Shown here: positions 40,001 through 53,456 of the stretch, piece by piece
How positions within the stretch are numbered: the first letter of the stretch is position 1
Layout: each line of letters starts with the position of its first letter
Assembly: GCF_963921235.1 (NCBI RefSeq)
Contig: NC_086097.1
Coordinates: 193,504,001 to 193,568,000 of the forward strand
Reading direction: 5' to 3'
Source: Mobula hypostoma
Taxonomy: Eukaryota
Length of the DNA stretch: 64,000 bases
Translations under genes and position numbers: made by a program
Notes under the pieces: generated by a model
Told to the model about the DNA's origin: nothing
The model's input: the letters and a program-made list of their open reading frames with translations, nothing else
The model's database searches: none

Positions 40001-43000
40001 TGGACACAGGCTTGGAACTTGGGACCCGGACTTGGAACTCAGAATTTAGAACTCGGGACCTGGACTTGGAACAGAGAACTTGGAATTCGGGACCTAGACT
40101 AGGAACTCGGAACCCGGACTCGGAACTTGGAACTGGGAACTTGGCACTTGGAACTCGAAATCCGGACTGACTTTAAACTTGGAACTTGGAACTCGGTACC
40201 TGGACATGGAACTCAGAACTTGGAACTCGGGACCCGGACATGGAACTCGGAACATGGAACTCGGGAACCGGACTTGGAACTCGGGACCCGGATTTAAAAC
40301 TCGGAACTCAGGACCCGGACTTGGAACATGGAACTCGGGACCCAGACTTGGAACTTGGAAGTCGAGACCCATACTTGGAACTCAGAACTCAAGACCCGGA
40401 TTTGGACTTGGTACTCAGAACTTGGGACCCGGACGTGGAACTTGGAAACTGGAACTCGGGATCTGGACTTGTACTCGGAACTTGGAACTCAGAATTTGGT
40501 ATTCGGGACCCGGACTTGGACCTTGGGACCTGGACTTGGAACTCAGAACTTGGAACTCAGGACCTGGACCTGGAAATTGGAACGTGGAATTCGGGACCAC
40601 GGACATGGAACTTGGAAGTCAGTACCCGGACTTGGAAATTGGAACTGGGGACATCAGAGCCTGGACATGGAACTCAGAACAACAGAGGCTGGACTTGGAA
40701 CTGGGAATATCAGAGCCTCTACTTTTCTTAGACACAGGAAATGGAAAACTGATCTGGGCCTCCACCTTTTGTACAGAACATAGAGCCTGGACTCTTCTTA
40801 GACACAGTACATGGGCTAACAACAAATTGACCTTTTGTAACTGTTGTAATTGCGCAATTTTTTTCCCTCTGAAACTGATACCTTCGAACTTCAAGCCACT
40901 TTCTTGAATTCTGTGAGATGCATTTGGGGCAAGATTCCAGTAGCGGATTCTGACTAGCGAGAGTTTGGGAAACAGTGTTTGTGTCTGCTGGTTCTATGTT
41001 TGTCTAGATCGTTCTGTTACAACTGCGGAGCACAGGTGGACCCAAAAGCAGGACACAAGCACTTTTTGTAGCATTAGCGATAATAGAGTTTATTAATCGT
41101 TACTAGGAAAGCAGGGAAGTAAGGATTTTTCATAGGGAGATCAAGGAGTGAGCAAAGCAGAAGCAGGAATAAGTGTGACTAGACTCAGACTTGGACTTGG
41201 AACCTGGAACTCGGAACTCGGGACCCAGAAATGGAACTTGGAACTCGGGACCTGGACTTGGAACCTGGAACTCGGGACCTGGGCATGGAACTTGGAACTC
41301 GAAACCCGGACTTGGAACCTGGAACTCGGAACACTGACTTGGAACTTGGAACTCGCAACCCGAAATTGGTTTTGGAACTTGGATCTCGGGACTCAGACTT
41401 GTAACTCGGAACTTGGAACTTGGGACCAGGACATGGACATGGAACTTGGATCTCTGGACCCGGACTTGTAACTCACAACTTAGAACTCAGGACCCAGACC
41501 TGGAAATTGGAAAATCAGTACCTGGACTTGGAACTGGGAACTTCAGAGCCTGGACTTGGAACTCGGGACCCGGACTTGGAACGCAGAACTTGGAACTCTG
41601 GACCAGGACTTGGAACTCGGATGTTGGAACTCGGGACCCAAACTTCGTACTCAGAACTTGGAATTCGGGACCTGGACTTGGAACTCAGGACTCCGACTTG
41701 GGACTCAGGACCCCGACCTGGAATTGGGAACATGGAAATCGGGACCCGGACCTGGAACTCGGAACTTGGAACTCAGGACCCAGACCTAGAACTGGGAACA
41801 TGGAACTCAGGACACAGACTTTCGACTTGGAACTCGAGTCCCGGAATTAGAGTTGGAACTCGGAATCTGGAACTCACGACCCGGACTTCGACTCAGAAGT
41901 TGGAACACGGAACTTGGAATTTGGGACCCGGACTTGGAACTCGGGACCTGGACCTGGAACTCGGAACTTGGAACTCAGAACCCCGAACCTGGAACTGGGA
42001 ACGTGGAACTCAGGACCCGGACATGGAACTCAGGGCCCAGACTTGGAACTTGGAACTCGGAACTCGGGACCCAGACTTGGAACTTGGAACTCGGAACCTG
42101 GACTTGCAACTTGGAAGTCGGGATGCAGATTTGGAACATGGAACTCAGGACCCAGACATGCAACTTGGAACTCGAGAGCCGGAATTAGAACTGGAACTCG
42201 GAACTCGGGACCCGGACCTGGAACTTGAAAACTAGAAATCACGACCCGGACTTCGACTCAGAACTTGGAATTCGGGACCAGTACTTGTAAATCTGGACCC
42301 GACGTGGAACTCGGAACTTGGAACTCAGGACCTGGACCTGGAACTTGAAACATGGAACCTGGGACCCCAGACACGGAACTCGGAACTTAGAAGTCAGTAC
42401 CCGGACTTGGAAATTGGAACTGGGAACATCAGAGCCTGGACATGGAAGTCAGAACATCAGAGGCTGGAACTGGAACTCGGAACATCAGAGCCTGTACTTT
42501 TATAGACACAGGATATACAAACCTGAGCTGGGCCTCCTTTCGTGCAGAACATAGAGCCGGTACTCTCTTAGACATAGTACATTGAACAACAAATTGAACT
42601 TTTGTAACGGTTGTAATTGCGCAATTTTTTTTCTGAAACTGATATCTTCGAATTTCGAGCCACTTTCTTGAATTCTGTGAGATGCATTCTGGGCAGGATT
42701 CCCGTAGCGGATTCTGACAGCGAGAGTTCGGGAAACTGTGTTTGTGTCTGCTGGTTCCATATTTGGCTAGATCGTTCTGTCACAAGTGCGGAGCATGGGT
42801 GGACCGAAAAGCAAGACACAGCACATTTGTAGCATTAACCAGAATAGAGTTTATTAATCGTTACTAGGAAAGCAGGGAAGCAAGGATTGTTCAGAGGGAG
42901 ATCAAGGAGTGAGCAAAGCAGAAGCAGGAATAAGCATGGCTAGACTTGGACTTGGACTTGGAACCTGGAATTCGGATCTCAGGACCCGGACTTCAAACTC

Positions 43001-44386
43001 AGGACCCGGACTTGGAACTCAGAACTTGGAACTTGGGACCCGGACTTGGAACTTGGAACTTGGAGCACGCGACCTGGACATGGAACGAACTTGGGATCCG
43101 GATTGGAACTCGGGACCCGAACTTGGAACTCGGAATGTGGAACTCGGGATCCGGACATGGAACTTGGAACGTGGAACTCGGGACCTGGACCTGGAACTCG
43201 GTACACGGAACTCGGGACCCAGACATGGAACTCGGAACATGGAACTCGGGACACAGTCTCGGACCTCGGAACTTGGAACTTAGAACTTGGAATTCGGCAC
43301 CCGACTTGGAACATGCGACTTGGAACTCAGAACCTGGACCTAGAACTTGGAACGTGGAATTTGGGACCCCGGACATGGAACTCGGAACTTGGAACTCGGG
43401 ACCTGGACTTGGAACCTGGAATTCAGGACCTGGAAATGGAACTTGGAACTCGGAACGCCGATTTAGAACCTGGAACTCGGAAGAGTGACTTGCAACTTGG
43501 AACTCGAGACCCGGAACTGGACTTGGAACTTGGATCTCGGGACCCGGACTTGGACATGGAGCGTGGATCTCGGGACCCGGACATGGTACTCGGAACTTGG
43601 AGCCAAGGACCCAGACATGGAACTTGGAACTTGGAACTCGGGACCCGGACCTGGAAATCAGAAAATCAGTACCTGCACTTGGAACTGGGAACTTCAGAGC
43701 CTAGATTTGGAACTCTGAACATCAGAGCCTGGACATGGAACTCGGGTATCGGACTTGAACCTCAGACCTTGGAACTCTGGACCAGGACTTGGAACTCGGA
43801 TTTTGGAACTCAGGATCCAGACTTCGTACTCGGAACTTGGAATTCAGGAACCGGACTTGGAACTCAAGACCCCCTCTTGTAACTCATGTCCCGCACCTGG
43901 AACTGGGAACATGGAACTCGGGACCCGGACATGGAACTCGTACCCAGACTTGGAACCTGGAACTCGGGACCCAGCCTGGGAACATGGAACTCGGAACCTG
44001 GACTTGCAACTTGGAACTCGGGACGCAGATTTGGAACATGGAACTCAGGACCCAGACTTGCAACTTGGAACTCGAGACCCAGAATTAGGTTGGAACTTGG
44101 AACTCGGAACCCGGACCTGGAACTCAGAAACTGGAACTCATGACCCGGACTTTGACTCAGAACTTGGAACTCGGGATCCGGACTTGTAAATCGGGATCCG
44201 ACGTGGAACTCGGAACTTGGAACTCAGGACCTGGACCTGGAACTTGGAACTTGGAACCTGGGACCCTGGACAAGGAACTCGGAACTTCGAAGTCAGTACC
44301 CGGACTTGGAAATTGGAACTGGGAACAACAGAGCCTGGACATGGAAGTCAGAACATCAGAGGCTGGAACTGGAACTCGGAACATCA

Positions 44387-44848
44387 GAGCCTGTACTTTT
44401 ATAGACACAGGATATACAAAACTGAGCTGGGCCTTCTCCTTTAGTGCAGAACAGAGCCGATACTCTTCTTAGACACAGTACATGGGCTAACAACAAATTG
44501 AACTTTTGTAACTGTTGTAATTGCGCAATTTTTTTTTCTGAAACTGATATCTTCGAATTTCGAGCCACTTTCTTGAATTCTGTGAGATGCATTCTGGGCA
44601 GGATTCCCGTAGCGGATTCTGACTAGCGAGAGTTCGGGAAACTGTGTTTGTGTCTGCTGGTTCCATATTTGGCCAGATCGTTCTGCCACAAGTGCGGAGC
44701 ACGGGTGGACCGAAAAGCAGGACACAGCACATTTGTAGTTTTAACCAGAATAGAGTTTATTAATCGCTACTAGGAAAGCAGGGAAGCAAGGATTGTTCAG
44801 AGGGAGATCAAGGAGTGAGCAAAGCAGAAGCAGGAATAAGCATGGCTA
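44387..44848 (+). repeat. Representative conserved core unit, right subfamily
   Basis: Same layout as the left cores but with TTAACCAGAATAGAG, TACTAGGAAAG, CAAGGAGTGAGCAAAGC and CCCGTAGCGGATTCTGACTAG variants. Confidence 0.93.
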
Positions 44849-47800
44849 GACTTGGACTTGGACTTGGAACTTGGAATTCGGATCTCAGGACCCGGACTTC
44901 AAACTCAGGACCCGGACTTGGAACTCAGAACTTGGAACTCGGGACCCGGACATGGAACTTGGAACATGGAACTCAGGAACCAGACTTGTAACTCGGGATT
45001 CGGACATGGAACTCGGAATGTGGAACTCGGGACCTGGACCTGGAACTCGGTACACGGAACTCGGGACCCAGACATGGAACTCGGAACTTGGAACTTGGAA
45101 CTTGGAATTCGGCACCCGACTTGGAACATGGAATTTGGGACCCCGGACATGGAACTCGGAACTTGGAACTCGGGACCTGGACTTGGAACCTGGAACTCGG
45201 AACTCGGGACCTGTGAATGGAACTTGGAACTCGGGACCCGGACTTGGAACTTGGAATTCAGGACCTGGACATGGAACTTGGAACTGCGGACGCTGATTTG
45301 GAACCTGGAACTCAGAACAGTGACTTGGAACTTGGAACTCGAGACCTGGAATTGGATTTGGAACTTGGATCTTGGGACCCGGACTTGTAACTTGGAACTT
45401 GAACTTGGGACCCGGACTTGGACATGGAACTTGGAACTCAGGACCCGGACCTGGAAATTGGAAAATCAGTACCTGGACTTGGAACTGGGAACTTCAGAGC
45501 CTGGATTTGGAACTCTGAACATCAGAGCCTGGACATGGAACTCGGGTCCTGGACTTGAACCTCAGACCTTGGAACTCTGGACCAGGACTTGGAACTCGGA
45601 TGTTGGAAGTCGGGATCCAGACTTCATACTCGGAACTTGGAATTTGGGACCCGGACTTGGAACTCAAGACCCCGACTTGGAACTCAGGATCCCGACCTGG
45701 AATTGGGTACATGGAACTCGGGACCCGGACATGGAACTTGGAACTTGGAACTCAGGACCCGCACCTGGAACTCGGGACCCAGACTTGGAACTTGGAACTC
45801 AGACCCTGGACTTGCAACTTGGAACTTGGGACGTGGATTTGGAACATGGAGCTCAGGACCCAGACTTGCAACTTGGAACTCGAGACCAGGAATTAGACTT
45901 GGACCTCGGAACTCGGGACCCGGACCTGGAACTCGGAAATTGGAACTCACGACCCGGACTTCGCCTCAGAACTTGGAACTCGGGACCCGGACCTGGAACT
46001 CGGATCTTGGAATTCAGGACCCAGACTTGTAAATCGGGGCACGACTTGGAACTCGGAACTTGGAACTCAGGACCAGGACCTGGAACTTGGAACGTGGAAC
46101 TTGGGTCCCCGGACACAGAACTCGGAACTTGGAAGTTGGAACTGGGAACATCAGAGCCTGGACATGGACTCAGAGCCTCAGAGGCTGGAATTGGAACTCG
46201 GAACATCAGAGCCGGTACATTTTCTGGACAAGGGATATGCAAAACTGAGCTGGGCCTCCTCGTTTGGTGCAGAACACAGAACTGGTAGTCTTCTTAGACA
46301 CAGTACACGGTCTAACAACAAATTGAACTTTTGTAACTGTTGTAATTGCGCAATTTTTTTTTTCTGAAACTGCTATCTCTGAACTTCGAGCCACTTTCTT
46401 GAATTCTGTGAGATGCATTCTGGGCAGGATTCCCGTAGCAGATTCTGACTAGCGTGAGTTCAGGAAACAGTGTTTGTGTCTGCTGGTTCCATGTTTGGCT
46501 AGGTCATTCTGTCACAAGTGCGGAGCACGGGTGGACCGAAAAGCAGGACACAACACATTTGTAGCATTAACCAGAATACAGTTTATTAATCGTTACTAGG
46601 AAGGCAGGGAAGCAAGGATTGTTCAGAGGGAGATCAAGGAGTGAGCAAAGCAGAAGCAGGAATAAGCATGGCTACAATTGGTCTTGGTTTTGGAACCTGG
46701 AATTCGGATATCAGGACTCGGACTTGGAACTCAGAACTTGGAACATGGGACCCGGACTTGGAACTCGGAACTTGGAACATGCGACCTGGACATGGAACTC
46801 AGATCATGAAACTCGGGAACCGAAATTGGAACTTGGGACCCGGATTTAGAATTCGGAACTTGGGACCCGGATTGGAACTCGGGACCCAGACTTGGAACTC
46901 GGAATGTGGAACTCGGGACGCGGACCTGGATCTGGGAACATGGAACACGGGACCGGGACTTGGTACTCGGGACTCGGGACTCGGACTTGGAACTCGGGAC
47001 CCGGATATGGAACTCGGGAACTGGACATGCAGACCGGAACATGGAACTCGGGACCAGGACTTGGAACTCGGGACCCGGAGGTGGAACTCGGGAGCCGGAC
47101 ATGGAACTTGGAACATGGAACTCAGGAACTGGACTTGGAAATCAGGGTCCGGACATGGAGCTCGGGACGTGGAACTCGGGACCTGGACCTGGAACTCAGT
47201 ACATGCAACTCGGGACCCAGACATGGAACTCGGAACATGGAACTCGTGACACAGTCTCGGAACTCGGAACTTGAAACTTGGAATTCGGAACCCGACTTGG
47301 AACTCGCAACTTGGAACTCAGGACCCGGACCTGGAACTTGGAGTGTGGAATTCGGGACCCCGGACACAGAACTCGGAACTTGGAAATCGGTACCCGGACT
47401 TGGAAATTGGAACTGAGAACATCAGTGCCTGGACATGGAACTCAGAGCAACAGAGGCTGGAATTGAAACTCGGAATATCAGAGCCTCTAATTTTCTAGAC
47501 ACGGGAAATGGAAAACTGAGCTGGGCCTCCTCATTTTGTACAGAACATAGAGCCTGGACTCTTCTTAGACACAGTACATGGACTAACAACAAATTGACCT
47601 TCTGTAACTGCTGTAATTGCGCAATTTTTTTTCTGTGAAACTGATACCTTTGAACTTCGAGCCACTTTCTTGAATTCTGTGAGATGCATTTGGGGCAGGA
47701 TTCCAGTAGCGGATTCTGACTAGCGAGAGTTCGGGAAACAGTGTTTGTGTCTGCTGGTTCTATGTTTGTCTGATTCGAAGAAGGAAGTCTGAGAGGCGGA

Positions 47801-47863
47801 GCAGGAGTGCGGAGAAAGACATTTTTGAAATTTTCATTTTTTTTTTCTCCAACGGCGTTCAGC

Positions 47864-47920
47864 GAGGCGGGACTGCGCAGGCGTGTGACGTCGGGCAGTG
47901 CAGCGCAGCAGATTTAAAAG
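47864..47920 (+). promoter_or_regulatory. Putative internal promoter motifs in LINE 5' UTR
   Basis: GC-box-like GAGGCGGGA (47864-47872), NRF1-like TGCGCAGGCGTG (47874-47885), CRE-like TGACGTCG (47886-47893) and TATA-like TTTAAAAG (47913-47920) cluster upstream of ORF1. Motif match only. Confidence 0.4.
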
Positions 47921-48083
47921 GAACAGAGCCTCATACAGCGGGCAGCGGAGTTTGCGGGCTGAGGAGTGAGCCGGGAGCAGAGTAAAGGCTTAAGGGCTTC
48001 TGCTCAACGGGCTTAGGCGAAAACGGGCGAGGCGAGGAGGGTTTGGTATTCATTTTCTGTTGTTATTTGAGGAGAGGGGCAGT

Positions 48084-49019
48084 ATGAGTGTGAGGGCAGT
48101 TTGTTGTTCTCGGTGTCTGATGTGGGAGGCCCTGGAATCTCTAAGCCACCCGGACGTCTACATCTGCGCCAAGTGCATCGAGATGCAGCTCCTAAGGGAC
48201 CGCGTTACGGAACTGGAGCTGCAGCTCGATGACCTTCGTCTGGTCAGGGAGAGTGAGGAGTTGATAGAGAGGAGTTATAGGCAGGTGGTCACACCGGGGC
48301 CACGGGAGGCAGACAAGTGGGTCACGGTTAGGAGGGGGAAGGGGAAGAGTCAGGTAATAGAGAGTACCCCAGTGGCTGTGCCCCTTAACAATAGGTACTC
48401 CTGTTTGAGTACTGTTGGGGGGGACAGCTTACCCAGGGGAAGCGACAGTGGCCGTGCCTCTGGCACAGAGTCCGGCCCTGTAGTTCAGAAGGGTAGAGAA
48501 AGGAAGAGGAGGGCAGTTGTGATAGGGGACTCGATAGTAAGGGGGTCAGATAGGCGATTCTGTGGACGCAGTCCAGAGACCCGGAATGTAGTTTGCCTCC
48601 CTGGTGCCAGGGTCCGGGATATTTCTGATCGTGTTCAAGATATCCTGAAGTGGGAGGGTGAGGAGCCAGACGTCGTGGTACATATAGGTATCAATGACAT
48701 AGGTAGGAAAAGGGAAGAGGTCCTGAAAGGGGAATATAGGGAGCTAGGAAGGGAGTTGAGAAAAAGGACCGCAAAGGTAGTAATCTCGGGATTACTGCCT
48801 GTGCCACACGACAGTGAGAGTAGGAATGCAATGAGGTGGAGGATAAATGCGTGGCTGAGGGATTGGAGCAGGAGGCAGGGATTCAAGTTTTTGGATCACT
48901 GGGACTTATTTTGGCGCAGGCGTGACCTGTACAAAAAGGACGGGTTACACTTGAATCCTAGGGGGACCAATATCCTGGCAGGGAGATTAGCGAGGGCTAC
49001 TGAGGTGACTTTAAACTAG
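48084..49019 (+). CDS. CR1 LINE ORF1 protein (Cys-rich N-terminus, coiled coil, SGNH/GDSL esterase domain), 311 aa, open
   Basis: ATG at 48084. Motifs: CSRC...CAKC pair, heptad leucines, and esterase blocks VIGDSIVRG, HIGIND, DGLHLN typical of CR1/L2 ORF1 esterases. Confidence 0.9.
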   Translation: MSVRAVCCSRCLMWEALESLSHPDVYICAKCIEMQLLRDRVTELELQLDDLRLVRESEELIERSYRQVVTPGPREADKWVTVRRGKGKSQVIESTPVAVPLNNRYSCLSTVGGDSLPRGSDSGRASGTESGPVVQKGRERKRRAVVIGDSIVRGSDRRFCGRSPETRNVVCLPGARVRDISDRVQDILKWEGEEPDVVVHIGINDIGRKREEVLKGEYRELGRELRKRTAKVVISGLLPVPHDSESRNAMRWRINAWLRDWSRRQGFKFLDHWDLFWRRRDLYKKDGLHLNPRGTNILAGRLARATEVTLN

Positions 49020-49024
49020 AATGG

Positions 49025-51324
49025 TTGGGGGGTGTGAATCAAATTAAAGAGGCTAGGCGAGAGGAGGTTAGTTCACAACAGGGGGATGGGAACCAGTGCA
49101 GAGAGTCAGAGGGGTGTAAAGTGAGGGTAGAAGCAAAATGTAGTAAGGAGAAAAGTAAAAGTGGCAGGCCGACAAATCCAGGGCAAGCATCAAAAAGGGC
49201 CACTTTTCAACATAATTGTATAAGGGCTAAGAGAGTTGTAAAAGAGCGCCTGAAGGCTTTGTGTGTCAATGCAAGGAGCGTTTGTAACAAGGTGGATGAA
49301 TTGAAAGTGCAGATTGTTATTAATGATTATGATATAGTTGGGATCACAGAGACATGGCTCCAGGGTGACCAAGGATGGGAGCTCAACGTTCAGGGATATT
49401 CAATATTCAGGAGGGATAGACATGAAAGAAAAGGAGGTGGGGTGGCGTTGCTGGTTAAAGATGAGATTAACACAATAGAAAGGAAGGACATAAGCCGAGA
49501 AGATGTGGAATCGATATGGGTAGAGCTGTGTAACACTAAGGGGCAGAAATCGCTGGTGGGAGTTGTGTACAGGCCACCTAACAGTAGTAGTGAGGTCGGA
49601 GATGGTATTAAACAGGAAATTAGAAATCTGTGCAATAAAGGAACAGCAGTTATAATGGGTGACTTCAATCTACATGTAGATTGGGTGAACCAAATTGGTA
49701 AAGGTGTTGAGGAAGAGGATTTCTTGGAATGTATGCGGGATGGTTTTTTGAACCAACATGTCGAGGAACCAACTGGAGAGCAGGCTATTCTAGACTGGGT
49801 TTTGAGCAATGAGGAAGGGTTAATTAGCAATCTTGTCGTGAGAGGCCAGATGGTCTGCATCCCAGAGTGCTTAAGGAAGTAGCCCAAGAAATAGTGGATG
49901 CATTAGTGATAATTTTTCAAAACTCGTTAGATTCTGGACTAGTTCCTGAGGATTGGAGGGTGGCTAATGTAACCCCACTTTTTAAAAAAGGAGGGAGAGA
50001 GAAACCGGGGAATTATAGACCGGTTAGCCTAACGTCAGTGGTGGGGAAACTGCTGGAGTCAGTTATCAAGGATGTGATAACAGCACATTTGGAAAGCAGT
50101 GAAATCATCAGACAAAGTCAACATGGATTTGTGAAAGGAAAATCATGTCTGACAAATCTCATAGAATTTTTTGAGGATGTAACTAGTAGAGTGGATAGGG
50201 GAGAACCAGTGGATGTGGTATATTTGGATTTTCAGAAGGCTTTTGACAAGGTCCTACACAGGAGATTAGTGTGCAAACTTAAAGCACACGGTATTTGGGG
50301 TAAGGTATTGATGTGGATAGAGAATTGGTTGGCAGACAGGAAGCAAAGAGTGGGAATAAACGAGACCTTTTCAGAATGGCAGGCAGTGACTAGTAGGGTA
50401 CCGCAAGGCTCAGTGCTGGGACCCCAGTTGTTTACAATATATATTAATGACTTGGATGAGGGAATTAAATGCAGCATCTCCAAGTTTGCGGATGACACGA
50501 AGCTGGGCAGCAGTTTTAGCTGTGAGGAGGATGCTAAGAGGATGCAGGGTGACTTGGATAGGTTGGGCGAGTGGGCAAATTCATGGCAGATGCAATTTAA
50601 TGTGGATAAATGTGAAGTTATCCACTTTGGTGGCAAAAATAGGAAAACAGATTATTATCTGAATGGTGGCCGATTAGGAAAAGGGGAGGTGCAATGAGAC
50701 CTGGGTGTCATTATACACCAGTCATTGAAAGTGGGCATGCAGGTACAGCAGGCGGTGAAAAAGGCGAATGGTATGCTGGCATTTATAGCGAGAGGATTCG
50801 AGTACAGGATCAGGGAGATACTACTGCAGTTGTACAAGGCCTTGGTGAGACCACACTTGGAGTATTGTGTGCAGTTTTGGTCCCCTAATCTGAGGAAAGA
50901 CATCCTTGCCATAGAGGGAATACAAAGAAGGTTCACCAGATTGATTCCTGGGACGGCAGGACTTTCATATGAAGAAAGACTGGATGAACTGGGCTTGTAC
51001 TCGTTGGAATTTAGAAGATTGAGGGGGGATCTGATTGAAACGTATAAAATTCTAAAGGGATTGGACAGGCTAGATGCAGGGAGATTGTTCCCGATGTTGG
51101 GGAAGTCCAGAACGAGGGGTCACAGTTTGAGGATAAAGGGGAAGCCTTTTAGGACCGAGATTAGGAAAAACTTCTTCACACAGAGAGTGGTGAATCTGTG
51201 GAATTCTCTGCCACAGGAAACAGTTGAGACCAGTTCATTGGCTATATTTAAGAGGGAGTTAGATATGACCCTTGTGGCTACGGGGATCAGGGGGTATGGA
51301 GGGAAGGCTGGTGCAGGGTTCTGA
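49025..51324 (+). pseudogene. Disrupted LINE ORF2 (APE endonuclease fragment fused out of frame to RT)
   Basis: EN motifs NARS, ITETWL, GGGVA, YRPP, GDFN, LDWVL are followed by an abrupt jump at ~49844-49847 to PDGLHPRVLKE (the SDH motif and linker are missing). RT motifs are DFQKAFDKV, PQGSVLGP, KFADD. An in-frame TGA lies at 50695-50697 and the frame continues to 51324. Confidence 0.93.
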
Positions 51325-52841
51325 GTTGGATGATCAGCCATGATCATAATAAATAGTGGTGCAGGCTCGAAGGGCCGAATGGCCTACTCCTGCACCTATT
51401 TTCTATGTTTCTATGTTTCTATGTTCTTTCACAAGTGTGGAGCACAGGTGGACCCAAAAGCAGGCCACAAACACATTTTGTAGCGTTAGCAATAATAGAG
51501 TTTATTAATTGTTAATAGGAAAGCAGGGAAGCAAGGATTGTTCAGAGGGCGATCAAGGAGTGAGCAAAGCAGAAGCAGGAATAAGTATGGCTAGACTCAG
51601 ACTTGGACTTGGAACCTGGAACTCGGAACTCGGGACCTGGGCATGGAACTTTGAATTTGGGACCTGGACTTGCAAGTTGGAACTCTGGACCTGGACTTGC
51701 AACTCGGAACTCGGGACCCAGACTTGAAACTTGGAACTCGATATCTGGAATTGGACTTGGAACTCGGAACTCGGGACCCGGACCTGGAACTCGGAAACTG
51801 GAACTCGGGACCCGGACTTGGACTTGGAACTTGGAACTGGAAAGTTGGAATTCGGGACCCGGACTTGGACTCGGAACTTGGAACTTGGAATTCGGAACCC
51901 GACTTGGAACTTGGAACGTGGAACTCAGGACCCGGATCTGGAACTTGGTACGTGGAACCTGGGACCCCGGACACCGAACTCGGAACTTGGAAGTCGGTAC
52001 TGGGACTTGGAAATTGGTACTGGGAACATCAGAGCCTGGACATGGAACTCAGAACATCAGAGGCTGGACTTGGAACTCGGAATATCAGAGCCTCTACTTT
52101 TCTAGACACAGGAAATGGAAAACTGAGCTGGGCCTCCTCATTTTGTACAGAACATAGAGCCTGGACTCTTCTTAGACACAGTACATGGGCTAACAACAAA
52201 TTGACCTTCTGTAACTGCTGTAATTGCGCAATTTTTTTTTGTGAAACTGATACCTTCAAACTTCGAGCCACTTTCTTGAATTCTGTGAGATGCATTTGGG
52301 GCAGGATTCCAGTAGCGGATTCTGACTAGCGAGAGTTCGGGAAACAGTGTTTGTGTCTGCTGGTTCTATGTTTGTCTAGATCGTTCTTTCACAAGTGTGG
52401 AGCACAGGTGGACCCAAAAGCAGGACACAAACACGTTTTGTAGCGTTAGCAATAATAGAGTTTATTAATTGTTACTAGGAAAGCAGGGAAGCAAGGATTG
52501 TACAGAGGGAGATCAAGGAGTGAGCAAAGCAGAAGCAGGAATAAGTATGGTTAGACTCAGACTAGGACTTGGAACCTGGAACTCAGAACTCGGGACCCGG
52601 ACATGGAACTTGGAATTTGGGACCTGGAGGTAGAACCTGGAACTCGGAACTCGGGACCTGGGCATGGAACTTGGAACTCGGGTCCCGGACTCGGAACTTT
52701 GAATTTGGGACCTGGACTTGCAACTTGGAACTCTGGACCCGGACTTGCAACTTGGAACTCGGGACTCGGGACCCGGACCTGGAATTCGGGACCCGGAATT
52801 GGAATTCGGGACCCGGACTTGGACTCGGAACTTGGAACTTG

Positions 52842-53456
52842 TGTGCGGGGTCTTTCTTTTGTTACATTCAAAATGGCGACTTTGTTATGTTAATCTGGGG
52901 AATGCGGCTTTGTTGTGCTTTAACGCTGAAGGGAGTTTGCGCTAGCAGTTTGTTTTACTTTAAATTGAGATAGCAGGGTTCTATTAGCCAATGGGTGGTT
53001 ATGTATCGTTTTGTTTTCGGATACCATGCTGTATGATATGACTGTGGACTGAGTTTTGTCGGGAAGTCGGAGGAGAGACGAGGAGGACCGCGGATGTACA
53101 GAGAGGCTCCGGTCGATCACTAAGGGTGGTCCCGAGCCGTGAGTCGACGGAATTCGGGTGGTCGTCTGAAGTGAAATTGAGCTCCAACGCTAGAGCGCGA
53201 AGAACTTGGACTTTGGACTTTGATAAGTGTTGGCGCCTTTTTTTTTCATTACTTTCCTCTCTGTATCAAATGTATATTAATGTCATAGAATTAGTAATAT
53301 CTATAAAGTGTATTTGTTAAAACTTACTGGGTGTGCTGGCTGATGATTGATGTTGTGATTGATTCGGGCGGCCACCAACCCTGTGGGGAGTGTTGAGGCG
53401 GGTGCTGAGCTGGATTTCCCCTAGAGATACCCGAGCCAATATAACGGAACATTACA
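52842..53456. mobile_element. Solo LTR (615 bp), Gypsy/ERV type not resolved
   Basis: Unique sequence with TG...CA termini (TGTGCG...ATTACA) flanked by a 4-bp TSD CTTG (52838-52841, 53457-53460). The empty-site equivalent GGACTCGGAACTTGGAACTTGGAATTCGGAACCC is seen at ~51867. It contains YY1-like CAAAATGGCG (~52870) and CCAAT (~52989) on +. Confidence 0.85.

Larger units (their letters stand above)
47778..51423 (+). mobile_element. Near full-length CR1-clade LINE with internal deletion, inserted in a core
   Basis: CpG-rich 5' UTR, ORF1 with esterase domain, ORF2 with APE endonuclease and RT. The 3' end reads GGGCCGAATGGCCTACTCCTGCACCTAT + (TTTCTATG)3 at 51400-51423. The core resumes as TTCTTTCACAAG at 51424; no clear TSD. 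Confidence 0.96.

Noticed and set aside
42781..42805. AAGTGC (miR-430/302-like seed) within the core hairpin
   Set aside because: It is present only in some cores (others have AAGTGT/AAGTAC/TAGTGC), lacks the following T, and falls in the predicted loop rather than at a stem end. It cannot be supported without small-RNA data.
48635..51347. Antisense and alternate-frame ORFs over the LINEs (also 30047-30337, 31221-31403)
   Set aside because: They are shadows of LINE ORF1/ORF2 with no independent motifs.
52920..53320. Short ORFs within the solo LTR
   Set aside because: Only 60-70 aa with no domain; expected by chance in LTR sequence.
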